Under the pieces are notes generated by a model. That model saw only the letters and a list, made by a program, of their open reading frames with translations, ran no database searches and had not been told where the DNA came from. The translations under genes and the position numbers were made by a program. From Acinetobacter wanghuae (GTDB taxonomy: Bacteria; Pseudomonadota; Gammaproteobacteria; Pseudomonadales; Moraxellaceae), in NCBI RefSeq assembly GCF_009557235.1, contig NZ_CP045650.1, forward strand, positions 210,001-242,000: a stretch of 32,000 bases of DNA. The letters are read 5' to 3'. Of the stretch, positions 25,374-32,000 are shown piece by piece. Each line of letters starts with the position of its first letter. Within the stretch, counting starts at the first letter, position 1.

Positions 25374-25769
25374 ATGAATTATTCTATTGATAAAGACCCC
25401 AATCGCACCTTAACTTTAATTTTATATGTGCTTTATATCATCGCGATTTTTACTGGTGGCTTGCTTGCCGTCATTGCATTGGTTATTAACTACATTAAAC
25501 GCAGCGATGTGCATGGCTCTATTTTTGAAAGTCATTTTACGTGGCAAATTCGCACCTTTTGGTGGTATCTGATTTGGAACATCATCGCATTTTTACCATT
25601 CCTATTTTTATTCTTTACGGGCCAAAATCCTGACCTCTTTGCGGGTGTGGCATTGGGTGCTTCAGTCTTCTGTATTGCGGTGATTTTTGTGGCGTGGGTA
25701 TGGATTGTTTATCGTGCCATTAAAGGCATTATGCGCTTAAATGATAACTTGCCGATGTATAGCAATTGA
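25374..25769 (+). CDS. Small integral membrane protein
   Basis: AGGAG RBS. Several predicted TM segments. Confidence 0.7.
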   Translation: MNYSIDKDPNRTLTLILYVLYIIAIFTGGLLAVIALVINYIKRSDVHGSIFESHFTWQIRTFWWYLIWNIIAFLPFLFLFFTGQNPDLFAGVALGASVFCIAVIFVAWVWIVYRAIKGIMRLNDNLPMYSN

Positions 25770-25815
25770 TTTTGAATCCCCCTATCTCCCCCCTTTTTCA
25801 AAGGGAGAGTAAAAG

Positions 25816-25840
25816 CCTCCCTTTGTTAAAGGGAGGTTTG
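25816..25840. terminator. Hairpin between convergent genes, a possible bidirectional terminator
   Basis: CCTCCCTTT-GTT-AAAGGGAGG with short T runs on both strands. Confidence 0.5.
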
Positions 25841-25848
25841 GAGGGATT

Positions 25849-26772
25849 TTATTCAGCCACCTTATCTTCAGTTTTTCGCTTTAAAAACTTCGGTTTCCAC
25901 TCACTGACAATTACACCCAATACCACCATCAAACCACCGAGCAAAGCCAATGCAGGTAAGCGCTCACCGGCAAGACGACCAAACAGACTCGCCCAAATCG
26001 GTTCACCGGCATAAATGATTGCGGCTTGAGAAGGATCGACCATTTCCTGTGCCCAGTTCATCACCAATTGAATACCAGCACTTGCCACGCCTAAACCGAG
26101 CAAAATCATAAGAAGATGCGGATGAAAATCGGGTAAATGAGTTTCCCCAAGGATCGGTGCCATACAAAAACAAAAGATGGATGCAAAGATCAATTGCAGT
26201 ACCGTCACCCGTCGCGTATTGACCTTTGGTGCAAAATAACTGATGAAAATAATCTCAAGCGCAATCGCAATCGAACCTAAAATCGTTAACATTTGTCCAA
26301 AGTTCAGTTGAATCGCACCAAAACCATTACCTGTTAAAAATACCAACCCCATAAAGGCAAATGCTGCGCCAATCCAAGTCATCACATGCGGTTTTTTACG
26401 GAACAATAGCCATAGCAGAATGGGCACAAGCGGTACATATAAGGCGGTTAGGAATGCAGATTCACTGCTGCTAATGGTTTGAATACCCACTGTTTGTGTG
26501 CCATAGCCTAATGCAATGACGGCACCAATGGCTGCACCTGCAAGCACCTCCTTTAAGGTCATACCTGTTAAGTGTTGATATGAAATTAAGCTGACCGCAA
26601 TCGCTGCCATCGCAAACCGCATCGCGACAAACAAAATTGGACTGCTAAAACTTAAGCCATATTTGACAATAATAAAGGTCGTTCCCCAAATGAGGGTAAT
26701 CAGGATTAAGGAAAGCTGCGGTAATTTTTGCTTAAACCAAGAGGGAGATGTACTCGTGAATTGAGCAGACAT
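25849..26772 (-). CDS. DMT-superfamily (EamA-like) transporter
   Basis: About ten TM segments with a duplicated EamA-like architecture. The start is taken at the ATG at 26772 (MSAQFTS). Confidence 0.8.
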   Translation of the reverse strand: MSAQFTSTSPSWFKQKLPQLSLILITLIWGTTFIIVKYGLSFSSPILFVAMRFAMAAIAVSLISYQHLTGMTLKEVLAGAAIGAVIALGYGTQTVGIQTISSSESAFLTALYVPLVPILLWLLFRKKPHVMTWIGAAFAFMGLVFLTGNGFGAIQLNFGQMLTILGSIAIALEIIFISYFAPKVNTRRVTVLQLIFASIFCFCMAPILGETHLPDFHPHLLMILLGLGVASAGIQLVMNWAQEMVDPSQAAIIYAGEPIWASLFGRLAGERLPALALLGGLMVVLGVIVSEWKPKFLKRKTEDKVAE

Positions 26773-26804
26773 GGGAGAAAAAAACCTAATCAAAAAATCA
26801 GAAA

Positions 26805-26831
26805 ACAAAAAGAGGTCCGAAGACCTCTTTT
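26805..26831 (-). terminator. Rho-independent terminator of hisA
   Basis: On the minus strand: AGAGGTC-TTCG-GACCTCT followed by TTTTGTTTT. Confidence 0.75.
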
Positions 26832-26853
26832 AACGCAAAAACAGCAGCTTAGA

Positions 26854-27576
26854 TTATGCGTCTAAGATGGCTTGTGCTTCACGAAGGTTTAAAGTGCCTT
26901 CGTAGATTGCACGACCGGTAATCGCACCTAAAATGCCCGGTTGACCTTTTAAGCCATGCACGTCATCGATGTTGGTGACACCACCTGATGCAATCACAGG
27001 CAAACCTGAATAGGTTGCAAGGTTCACGGTTTGTTCAATGTTGACACCTTGCATCATGCCGTCACGTGCGATGTCTGTGTAGACAATGCTTGATACGCCC
27101 GCGTCAGCAAAACGTTTTGCCAGTTCAGTCGCTTTCACGTCAGTCACATTCGCCCAACCATCCGTTGCCACCATGCCATTCATGGCATCAATACCGACAA
27201 TGATATGACCTGCGAATTGCTTACATGCTTCTTCAACAAACTCAGGATTCTGTACAGCTTTGGTACCAATAATCACATAAGACACACCCGCATCTAAATA
27301 ATGCTGAATTGTCTCAAGTGAACGAATACCACCACCGATTTGAATTGGAAGATTCGGCTGAGCTTTGGCAATGGCTTCAACCACAGGCTTATGAATAGGC
27401 GTACCTGCGAAAGCACCGTTTAAGTCGACCAGATGTAAACGACGTGCGCCTTCATTGACCCAATGCTGTGCAGTTGCGACTGGATCGTCTGAAAATACAG
27501 TATCGTCTTCCATACGACCTTGTTTTAAACGTACACATTTGCCGTCTTTCAGGTCAATTGCAGGGATGATCAGCAT
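26854..27576 (-). CDS. hisA: ProFAR isomerase
   Basis: [20 protein letters not shown]... is the canonical HisA N-terminus, with (beta/alpha)8 glycine-rich motifs. Confidence 0.95.
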   Translation of the reverse strand: MLIIPAIDLKDGKCVRLKQGRMEDDTVFSDDPVATAQHWVNEGARRLHLVDLNGAFAGTPIHKPVVEAIAKAQPNLPIQIGGGIRSLETIQHYLDAGVSYVIIGTKAVQNPEFVEEACKQFAGHIIVGIDAMNGMVATDGWANVTDVKATELAKRFADAGVSSIVYTDIARDGMMQGVNIEQTVNLATYSGLPVIASGGVTNIDDVHGLKGQPGILGAITGRAIYEGTLNLREAQAILDA

Positions 27577-27675
27577 GCTTTCGCTCCTGGCCTAATCGTT
27601 GAATGAATTTGAATGAGCATCATCTTAACAAATAAACCACTATTTTCTAAATCTAAATACTGAATCATTCATATG

Positions 27676-27700
27676 AAAAAAACCTGTCATAAGACAGGTT
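27676..27700 (-). terminator. Rho-independent terminator of the acidic repeat protein gene
   Basis: On the minus strand: AACCTGTC-TTAT-GACAGGTT followed by TTTTTT. Confidence 0.8.
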
Positions 27701-27764
27701 GGAGTGAGTGCGAGACAATTTATTGTTTTTATAGATGCTTCAATCGTGTTGAATTTTTTGAAAT

Positions 27765-28535
27765 TTAACCATAAAGGGAAATATTCAGGTCAAGATCAAG
27801 CGGTTTAACTTGAGTCAATTGTGAACCTAGATCATAAAGACCATCATTCACAGCGCCTACAGTTGAACCAACAGTGCTGACCACACCACCTACCAATGGT
27901 AATGCTGCGGCTGTATCTGTGATTGGGGCCAGATCATCTAACAGAGCGTCAAGTGTGCCAGATACGTCTTGTACCACACCGCCCACACTTGCGACTGGGT
28001 TATTCAGTAAATCACCCACTAAATCAAGCGGTTGAATGCCTGCTACATAATCTCCAGTTTCAGCAACCAAGCCACTTAAGTTAGAGGCTGTTTGTCCAAC
28101 GGCATCAATGACATCACCTAAGACTGGCAATTGGGTCAATGGTGTTGTGAGCGGGGCAGTGGTCGTTAAGACACTGTCTAAAATATCAGATACACCGTTT
28201 AAGGTGCTGCCGACTAAATCTGTTGTGCCATTCAATGCTGTATCTACACCACCGAGTAAGTCACCTGCGATGAGCTTGTCTGAAATGGCATGTACACCTT
28301 GGCTGACATCTCCAAGCAGGTCGGTTGTCACATCGAGTACGGTCGAAATAGTATCACCCAATACCGGCAAAGCTGTGAGTTTTTCGGTCAAAGGTGCGGT
28401 GAGTTCCGACACGGTTTCAACCACTTCATCGACGACAGTAATGACGGCTTTAGTAATTAAGCCGACGACTTTACTGATGCCCTGTGCGATCAGCGTGAAT
28501 ACGCCACTTATTTTTCCGCTAAATAGACTAAACAT
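27765..28535 (-). CDS. Acidic repeat protein rich in L/V/D/T/G, function unknown
   Basis: A three-fold internal repeat APLTxxLTxLPVLGDxIxxV. Almost no basic residues after residue 52 (Lys87 and Lys244 are the exceptions). Hydrophobic N-terminus. Has its own terminator and a long AT-rich upstream region. Confidence 0.7.
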   Translation of the reverse strand: MFSLFSGKISGVFTLIAQGISKVVGLITKAVITVVDEVVETVSELTAPLTEKLTALPVLGDTISTVLDVTTDLLGDVSQGVHAISDKLIAGDLLGGVDTALNGTTDLVGSTLNGVSDILDSVLTTTAPLTTPLTQLPVLGDVIDAVGQTASNLSGLVAETGDYVAGIQPLDLVGDLLNNPVASVGGVVQDVSGTLDALLDDLAPITDTAAALPLVGGVVSTVGSTVGAVNDGLYDLGSQLTQVKPLDLDLNISLYG

Positions 28536-28998
28536 GAGATGAATCCTCTTTATTTTGACATCAGTGATCTGATGCGTGCTTGTTATGCTGTGTATGTTGT
28601 TTTAGCAGAATATTTAAAAATATACAGATGTAGAAAAACGAAGATAAAGCATGAATAGTGCTAAAAATTTAAGAAACTATTTGAATATTATGAGTTTAAT
28701 TTGGGAAATAATAAATGTTAAAAAATGTATATAAAAACAATAAGATAATTATATCATTTTGGTGCTTTTTAGATTTTTTGGCACGCTCTTTGGGCAATCA
28801 AGCAATGAAAATCATCATAAATTCGGATTTTCTTTCTAAAACGTTAAGTCACTAACGCGAAATGCGCATTTTCGGGAGATATTTAAGCTAGATTTTAGCG
28901 CATATTTCGTTTACCTAAAGTTACATAAATGTTGTGATGAAATCGTCAATGTTTCAAAAAATTGCAATCAGGTTTAAATTTTTTGCGCCAAGTTTAGT

Positions 28999-29670
28999 TT
29001 ATTGTGCAATCTGCTTAAGTACATGCTCAGGCAATAGATTCAAGCGTGATAATTCATTAAAAATTAAGACACAGGCATACGCATCTGCCGCGGCATATTC
29101 AATTTGTGCTCGGCTTAAATTCTTAGCTGCCCAATTTGAGGTACTGATTTTTTTAGACTTAGGGAAATGTTGTTGAAATAACAGCGCAATGGCATTTTTG
29201 ACGCCCATGGTGTGTTTTATACCAAAGCTGCTAAAACATTTAGACAGTTCAATGACGCCGTTAAGTTCAATGCCTTTCTTACGAAATAAATGTGCATCAT
29301 TTTTTAAGCCAAAGCCTGCTTTTAGTTGCTGAGGATTGGCAAGAAGAGGGGTTAAAAAACGCCATGTTTCAGCGTTCATTTGAAATAGATAAGCATTTGT
29401 TACTGTTGCCAATTGAATGAGATGTGGACCGGTTTGTATTTCACCTTTGCTAAAAGTGGGTTTAGATTCTGAGTCAAAACCCAATAGTGTGGCTTGTTTG
29501 AGCGCCGTTTCAATAGCTTTGCACTCTGCAAGATTTTGGATGACGATAATCTTGTCTAAATTTAAGTTTTGAAAGGCAGGCAATAGCGCAATTTGTTCTT
29601 TGCTCGGTAGTAGGGTATTCGGTAATGCATCCATCATTCTTTTAGGTCTCGCTTCGCTCAATGTCATCAT
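28999..29670 (-). CDS. DEDDy-type 3'-5' exonuclease domain protein (RNase D / DnaQ-like)
   Basis: Motifs LLGFDSESKP, FGLKNDAHLF and QIEYAAADAYA. The start is uncertain (ATG at 29670 or 29667, or GTG at 29682). Confidence 0.8.
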   Translation of the reverse strand: MMTLSEARPKRMMDALPNTLLPSKEQIALLPAFQNLNLDKIIVIQNLAECKAIETALKQATLLGFDSESKPTFSKGEIQTGPHLIQLATVTNAYLFQMNAETWRFLTPLLANPQQLKAGFGLKNDAHLFRKKGIELNGVIELSKCFSSFGIKHTMGVKNAIALLFQQHFPKSKKISTSNWAAKNLSRAQIEYAAADAYACVLIFNELSRLNLLPEHVLKQIAQ

Positions 29671-29708
29671 AAAGCGTTCCACAGAGAAAATCTGTGGAAA
29701 TCACCTAT

Positions 29709-29738
29709 AAAAAAAGCCCGCATATCGCGAGCTTTTTT
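29709..29738. terminator. Terminator downstream of hisH, possibly bidirectional
   Basis: A run of As, then AGCCCGC-ATAT(C)-GCGAGCT (one mismatch), then TTTTTT. Confidence 0.65.
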
Positions 29739-29770
29739 GAAACTTTGAAAATGCTGATCTAAAATGAAAA

Positions 29771-30388
29771 TTAGATTTTCCATTCCACAAAGTTTTTAAG
29801 CAGTTGTAGACCCGCTGTATGACTTTTTTCTGGGTGGAACTGCGTTGCGAACAAATTTTCTTTATGAATCGCAGTACAGAACTCTAAACCATAGTCACAG
29901 GTTGCAGCCACAATGCTTGGATCTTTTGGTTCAACATAGAAGCTATGCACGAAGTAGAAACGTGCATCTTGTTCAATATTGTTCCACATTGGGTGGCTGA
30001 GGTCAGCTTGACGTACTTGATTCCAGCCCATATGCGGTACTTTCAAACCATCCATATCTGGGAAGCGTTTCACTGCACCTTCAAAAATACCCAGTGCATC
30101 TGCACCGCCATTTTCTTCAGAATGTTGCATTAACGCTTGCATACCCACACAAATGGCAAGTACAGGCTTATTAAACACTGCGTTACGCACAACATCATCG
30201 ATGCCTGCTTCATGCATGCCTTGCATACAGTCACGCATTGCACCAACGCCTGGAAACACAATTTTATCTGCTTGCGCAATTAACTTTGGATCATTGGTCA
30301 CATCAACGGTTGCACCGACATGTTCGAGTGCTTTTGCTGCTGAGTGAAGATTTCCCATGCCATAGTCAAGAAGGGCAATACGGGTCAT
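29771..30388 (-). CDS. hisH: Imidazole glycerol phosphate synthase, glutamine amidotransferase subunit
   Basis: [13 protein letters not shown]...ICVGMQ...HSF...QFHPEKS are class I GATase motifs. TAATG overlap with hisB. Confidence 0.95.
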   Translation of the reverse strand: MTRIALLDYGMGNLHSAAKALEHVGATVDVTNDPKLIAQADKIVFPGVGAMRDCMQGMHEAGIDDVVRNAVFNKPVLAICVGMQALMQHSEENGGADALGIFEGAVKRFPDMDGLKVPHMGWNQVRQADLSHPMWNNIEQDARFYFVHSFYVEPKDPSIVAATCDYGLEFCTAIHKENLFATQFHPEKSHTAGLQLLKNFVEWKI

Positions 30389-30981
30389 TACAATGTTCCT
30401 TTGGTTGAAGCGACAGTATTCGCAGCACGTGGATCAATTTCACATGCCATACGAAGCGCGCGCGCAAATGCTTTAAACACGCTTTCGATTTGGTGATGGC
30501 TATTTTTGCCTTTCAAGTTGTCAATGTGAAGCGTCATCAGTGAATGGTTCACAAAGCCTTGGAAAAATTCAGAGAATAAATCCACATCAAAGCGACCAAT
30601 CATAGAACGAGTAAATGGAATATCCATAAACAAGCCCGGACGACCAGAGAGATCCACCACAACACGGCTTAAAGACTCATCTAAAGGTGCATAGAAATGA
30701 CCATAGCGTTTTAAGCCTTTTTTATCGCCAAGCGCTTGCGCAAATGCCTGTCCGAGTGTGATCCCGCAGTCTTCTACGGTATGATGATCGTCAATTTCCA
30801 AATCGCCATCACAATGAATATCAATATCAAACAGACCATGTCGCTTGATTTGATCAATCATATGATCTAAAAATGGAACACCAGTGTTTAAAGTGCCTTG
30901 ACCAGAACCATCGAGGTTCAAACGAACTCGAATTTTGGTTTCGTTGGTATTTCTTACCACTTCACTGATACGATCTGTCAT
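30388..30981 (-). CDS. hisB: Imidazoleglycerol-phosphate dehydratase (monofunctional)
   Basis: [17 protein letters not shown]...FLDHM...DDHHTVED...HH..ES are IGPD motifs. The start is taken at the ATG at 30981. Confidence 0.95.
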   Translation of the reverse strand: MTDRISEVVRNTNETKIRVRLNLDGSGQGTLNTGVPFLDHMIDQIKRHGLFDIDIHCDGDLEIDDHHTVEDCGITLGQAFAQALGDKKGLKRYGHFYAPLDESLSRVVVDLSGRPGLFMDIPFTRSMIGRFDVDLFSEFFQGFVNHSLMTLHIDNLKGKNSHHQIESVFKAFARALRMACEIDPRAANTVASTKGTL

Positions 30982-31077
30982 AGACACGTTCCTCAAATAC
31001 GTCAAAATGATTGATGTAGAAAATATTTTCGCCGTGACGACGTCACCGCATATTAGATTGCTCAGGAGGGTTTATCA

Positions 31078-31455
31078 ATGCCTATCACCGTACATGCCTA
31101 TACTTCCCTAGAAAATGAAGAAGTGCGCAGCCAGCTTGAGCGACTGTATGACACCAGCCCTGAATTTAGTGATGGGACAGATGCCATTGAACAACTAGAG
31201 CAAAACTTAGCACAGTATACCTCACTTTATACCGCCGAATTTAATACTAAAGTCATTGGTGCAATCTGGAGCAGTGGTCAGGGCGAAAGCCGCCTACTGC
31301 AAAATATTGTGGTGCATCCTGCCAATCGTGGGCGCGGGGTTGCCGACCGACTGGTGAGTGAAGTCTGCCGTATGGAAGAAGAAAAAGGGGTGAAGCATTT
31401 TGAACCGGGCTGTGGCGCAATTCACCGTTGCTTGGCACATCTTGAGAAAATTTAA
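31078..31455 (+). CDS. Small GNAT-like acetyltransferase-fold protein
   Basis: VHPANRGRGVADRLV matches the acetyl-CoA-binding Q/RxxGxG/A motif. 125 aa. Confidence 0.6.
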   Translation: MPITVHAYTSLENEEVRSQLERLYDTSPEFSDGTDAIEQLEQNLAQYTSLYTAEFNTKVIGAIWSSGQGESRLLQNIVVHPANRGRGVADRLVSEVCRMEEEKGVKHFEPGCGAIHRCLAHLEKI

Positions 31456-31609
31456 GTCTTCGTTGGAAACAAAGCAGCGTATTCGCTTCTTTTTTCATAT
31501 TTAAATGCGCTGCAGCCCAAATAAAGCCACTGTTTTTGCTAAAAAATGTGCAAATAAGCCAAGATGTGTTTGAAAATTAAACATTTGAAATAAATTATAC
31601 TTTTCACGC

Positions 31610-31638
31610 TTGACGGCATAGGGCGGAGATTGTTTAAT
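31610..31638 (+). promoter_or_regulatory. Sigma70-type promoter of the first tRNA-Phe
   Basis: TTGACG, a 17-nt spacer, then TTTAAT, ending 10 nt before the tRNA 5' end. Confidence 0.6.
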
Positions 31639-31648
31639 ACGCGACATC

Positions 31649-31724
31649 GGCGTGATAGCTCAGTAGGTAGAGCAACGGATTGAAAATCCGTGTGTCCCCA
31701 GTTCGACCCTGGGTCTCGCCACCA
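31649..31724 (+). tRNA. tRNA-Phe (anticodon GAA), copy 1
   Basis: GGCGTGATAGCTCAGTAGGTAGAGCAACGGATTGAAAATCCGT...GGTCTCGCCACCA. Cloverleaf with anticodon loop UUGAAAA, a TPsiC GTTCGA motif and an encoded CCA. There is one U-U mismatch in the acceptor stem. Confidence 0.9.
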
Positions 31725-31749
31725 TATTTAAAACTGATTTAAAGTTTCG

Positions 31750-31777
31750 ATCCCTGATCCCATCAGGGATTTTTTTT
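31750..31777 (+). terminator. Rho-independent terminator after tRNA-Phe copy 1
   Basis: ATCCCTGAT-CCC-ATCAGGGAT followed by TTTTTTT. Confidence 0.8.
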
Positions 31778-31860
31778 GGTCTAGCGATTGACCAAACACA
31801 GTATGAAATTCATATTTCGACTAAAATTTACGCACTCAAATCTTTTTTTTATATTTTTGA

Positions 31861-31889
31861 TTGACTAATGTGTCGAGATACGGCTTAAT
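31861..31889 (+). promoter_or_regulatory. Sigma70-type promoter of the second tRNA-Phe
   Basis: TTGACT, a 17-nt spacer, then CTTAAT, ending 10 nt before the tRNA 5' end. The geometry matches copy 1. Confidence 0.6.
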
Positions 31890-31899
31890 ACACCGCATC

Positions 31900-31975
31900 G
31901 GCGTGATAGCTCAGTAGGTAGAGCAACGGATTGAAAATCCGTGTGTCCCCAGTTCGACCCTGGGTCTCGCCACCA
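31900..31975 (+). tRNA. tRNA-Phe (anticodon GAA), copy 2
   Basis: Its 76 nt are identical to copy 1. Confidence 0.9.
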
Positions 31976-32000
31976 TATTCAAAAAAATCCTCAAGCATGA

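Noticed and set aside
25766-26014. An 82-aa + strand ORF
   Set aside because: It spans the intergenic hairpins and the 3' end of the EamA-type transporter gene on the opposite strand, and has no RBS.
28108-28542. A 144-aa + strand ORF antisense to the acidic repeat protein
   Set aside because: It is a mirror ORF in low-complexity DNA, with no RBS. The minus-strand gene has the RBS and terminator context.
22875-31005. Dispersed his genes (hisF, hisA, hisH-hisB) interrupted by unrelated genes, as a possible sign of an inserted island
   Set aside because: The interrupting genes have housekeeping character (thrB, transporter, exonuclease). There are no integrase, transposase or repeat boundaries. 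As far as I recall, this scattered arrangement is normal for this group of gammaproteobacteria. Only the acidic repeat protein was kept as a finding.

Overview
The window has two parts. Positions 1-16958 are the right-hand part of a prophage-like integrative element inserted at the 3' end of a tRNA-Ser(GGA) gene (16959-17049, minus strand). The rest (17050-32000) is ordinary chromosome with an Acinetobacter-like gene order (inferred from memory, not searched): kup, a DRGH non-specific nuclease, an AraC regulator, a dispersed hisF/hisA/hisH/hisB set, thrB, and two tandem tRNA-Phe genes. The element carries three very large + strand proteins, which I read as ejection or internal virion proteins (one has a lytic transglycosylase domain), followed by a small AT-rich cargo cassette. 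On the minus strand there is a tightly coupled early operon: P4-type integrase, an orphan 416-aa gene, AlpA-like, Rha, small ORFs, an O-like initiator and DnaB. The most unusual feature is a 1.44-kb stretch (8208-9651) with no credible ORF, lying where the late and early operons converge. It holds several families of short direct repeats, a perfect 117-bp tandem array (3.3 copies, each with internal palindromes), and a family of hairpins with different stems around a common A/T-rich centre. The likely replication origin (six iterons) lies inside the O-like gene and att lies at the tRNA, so neither explains this island. It is the best candidate here for an undescribed cis-acting or RNA element. 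All functional calls rest on motifs recognised by eye. No database search was run.
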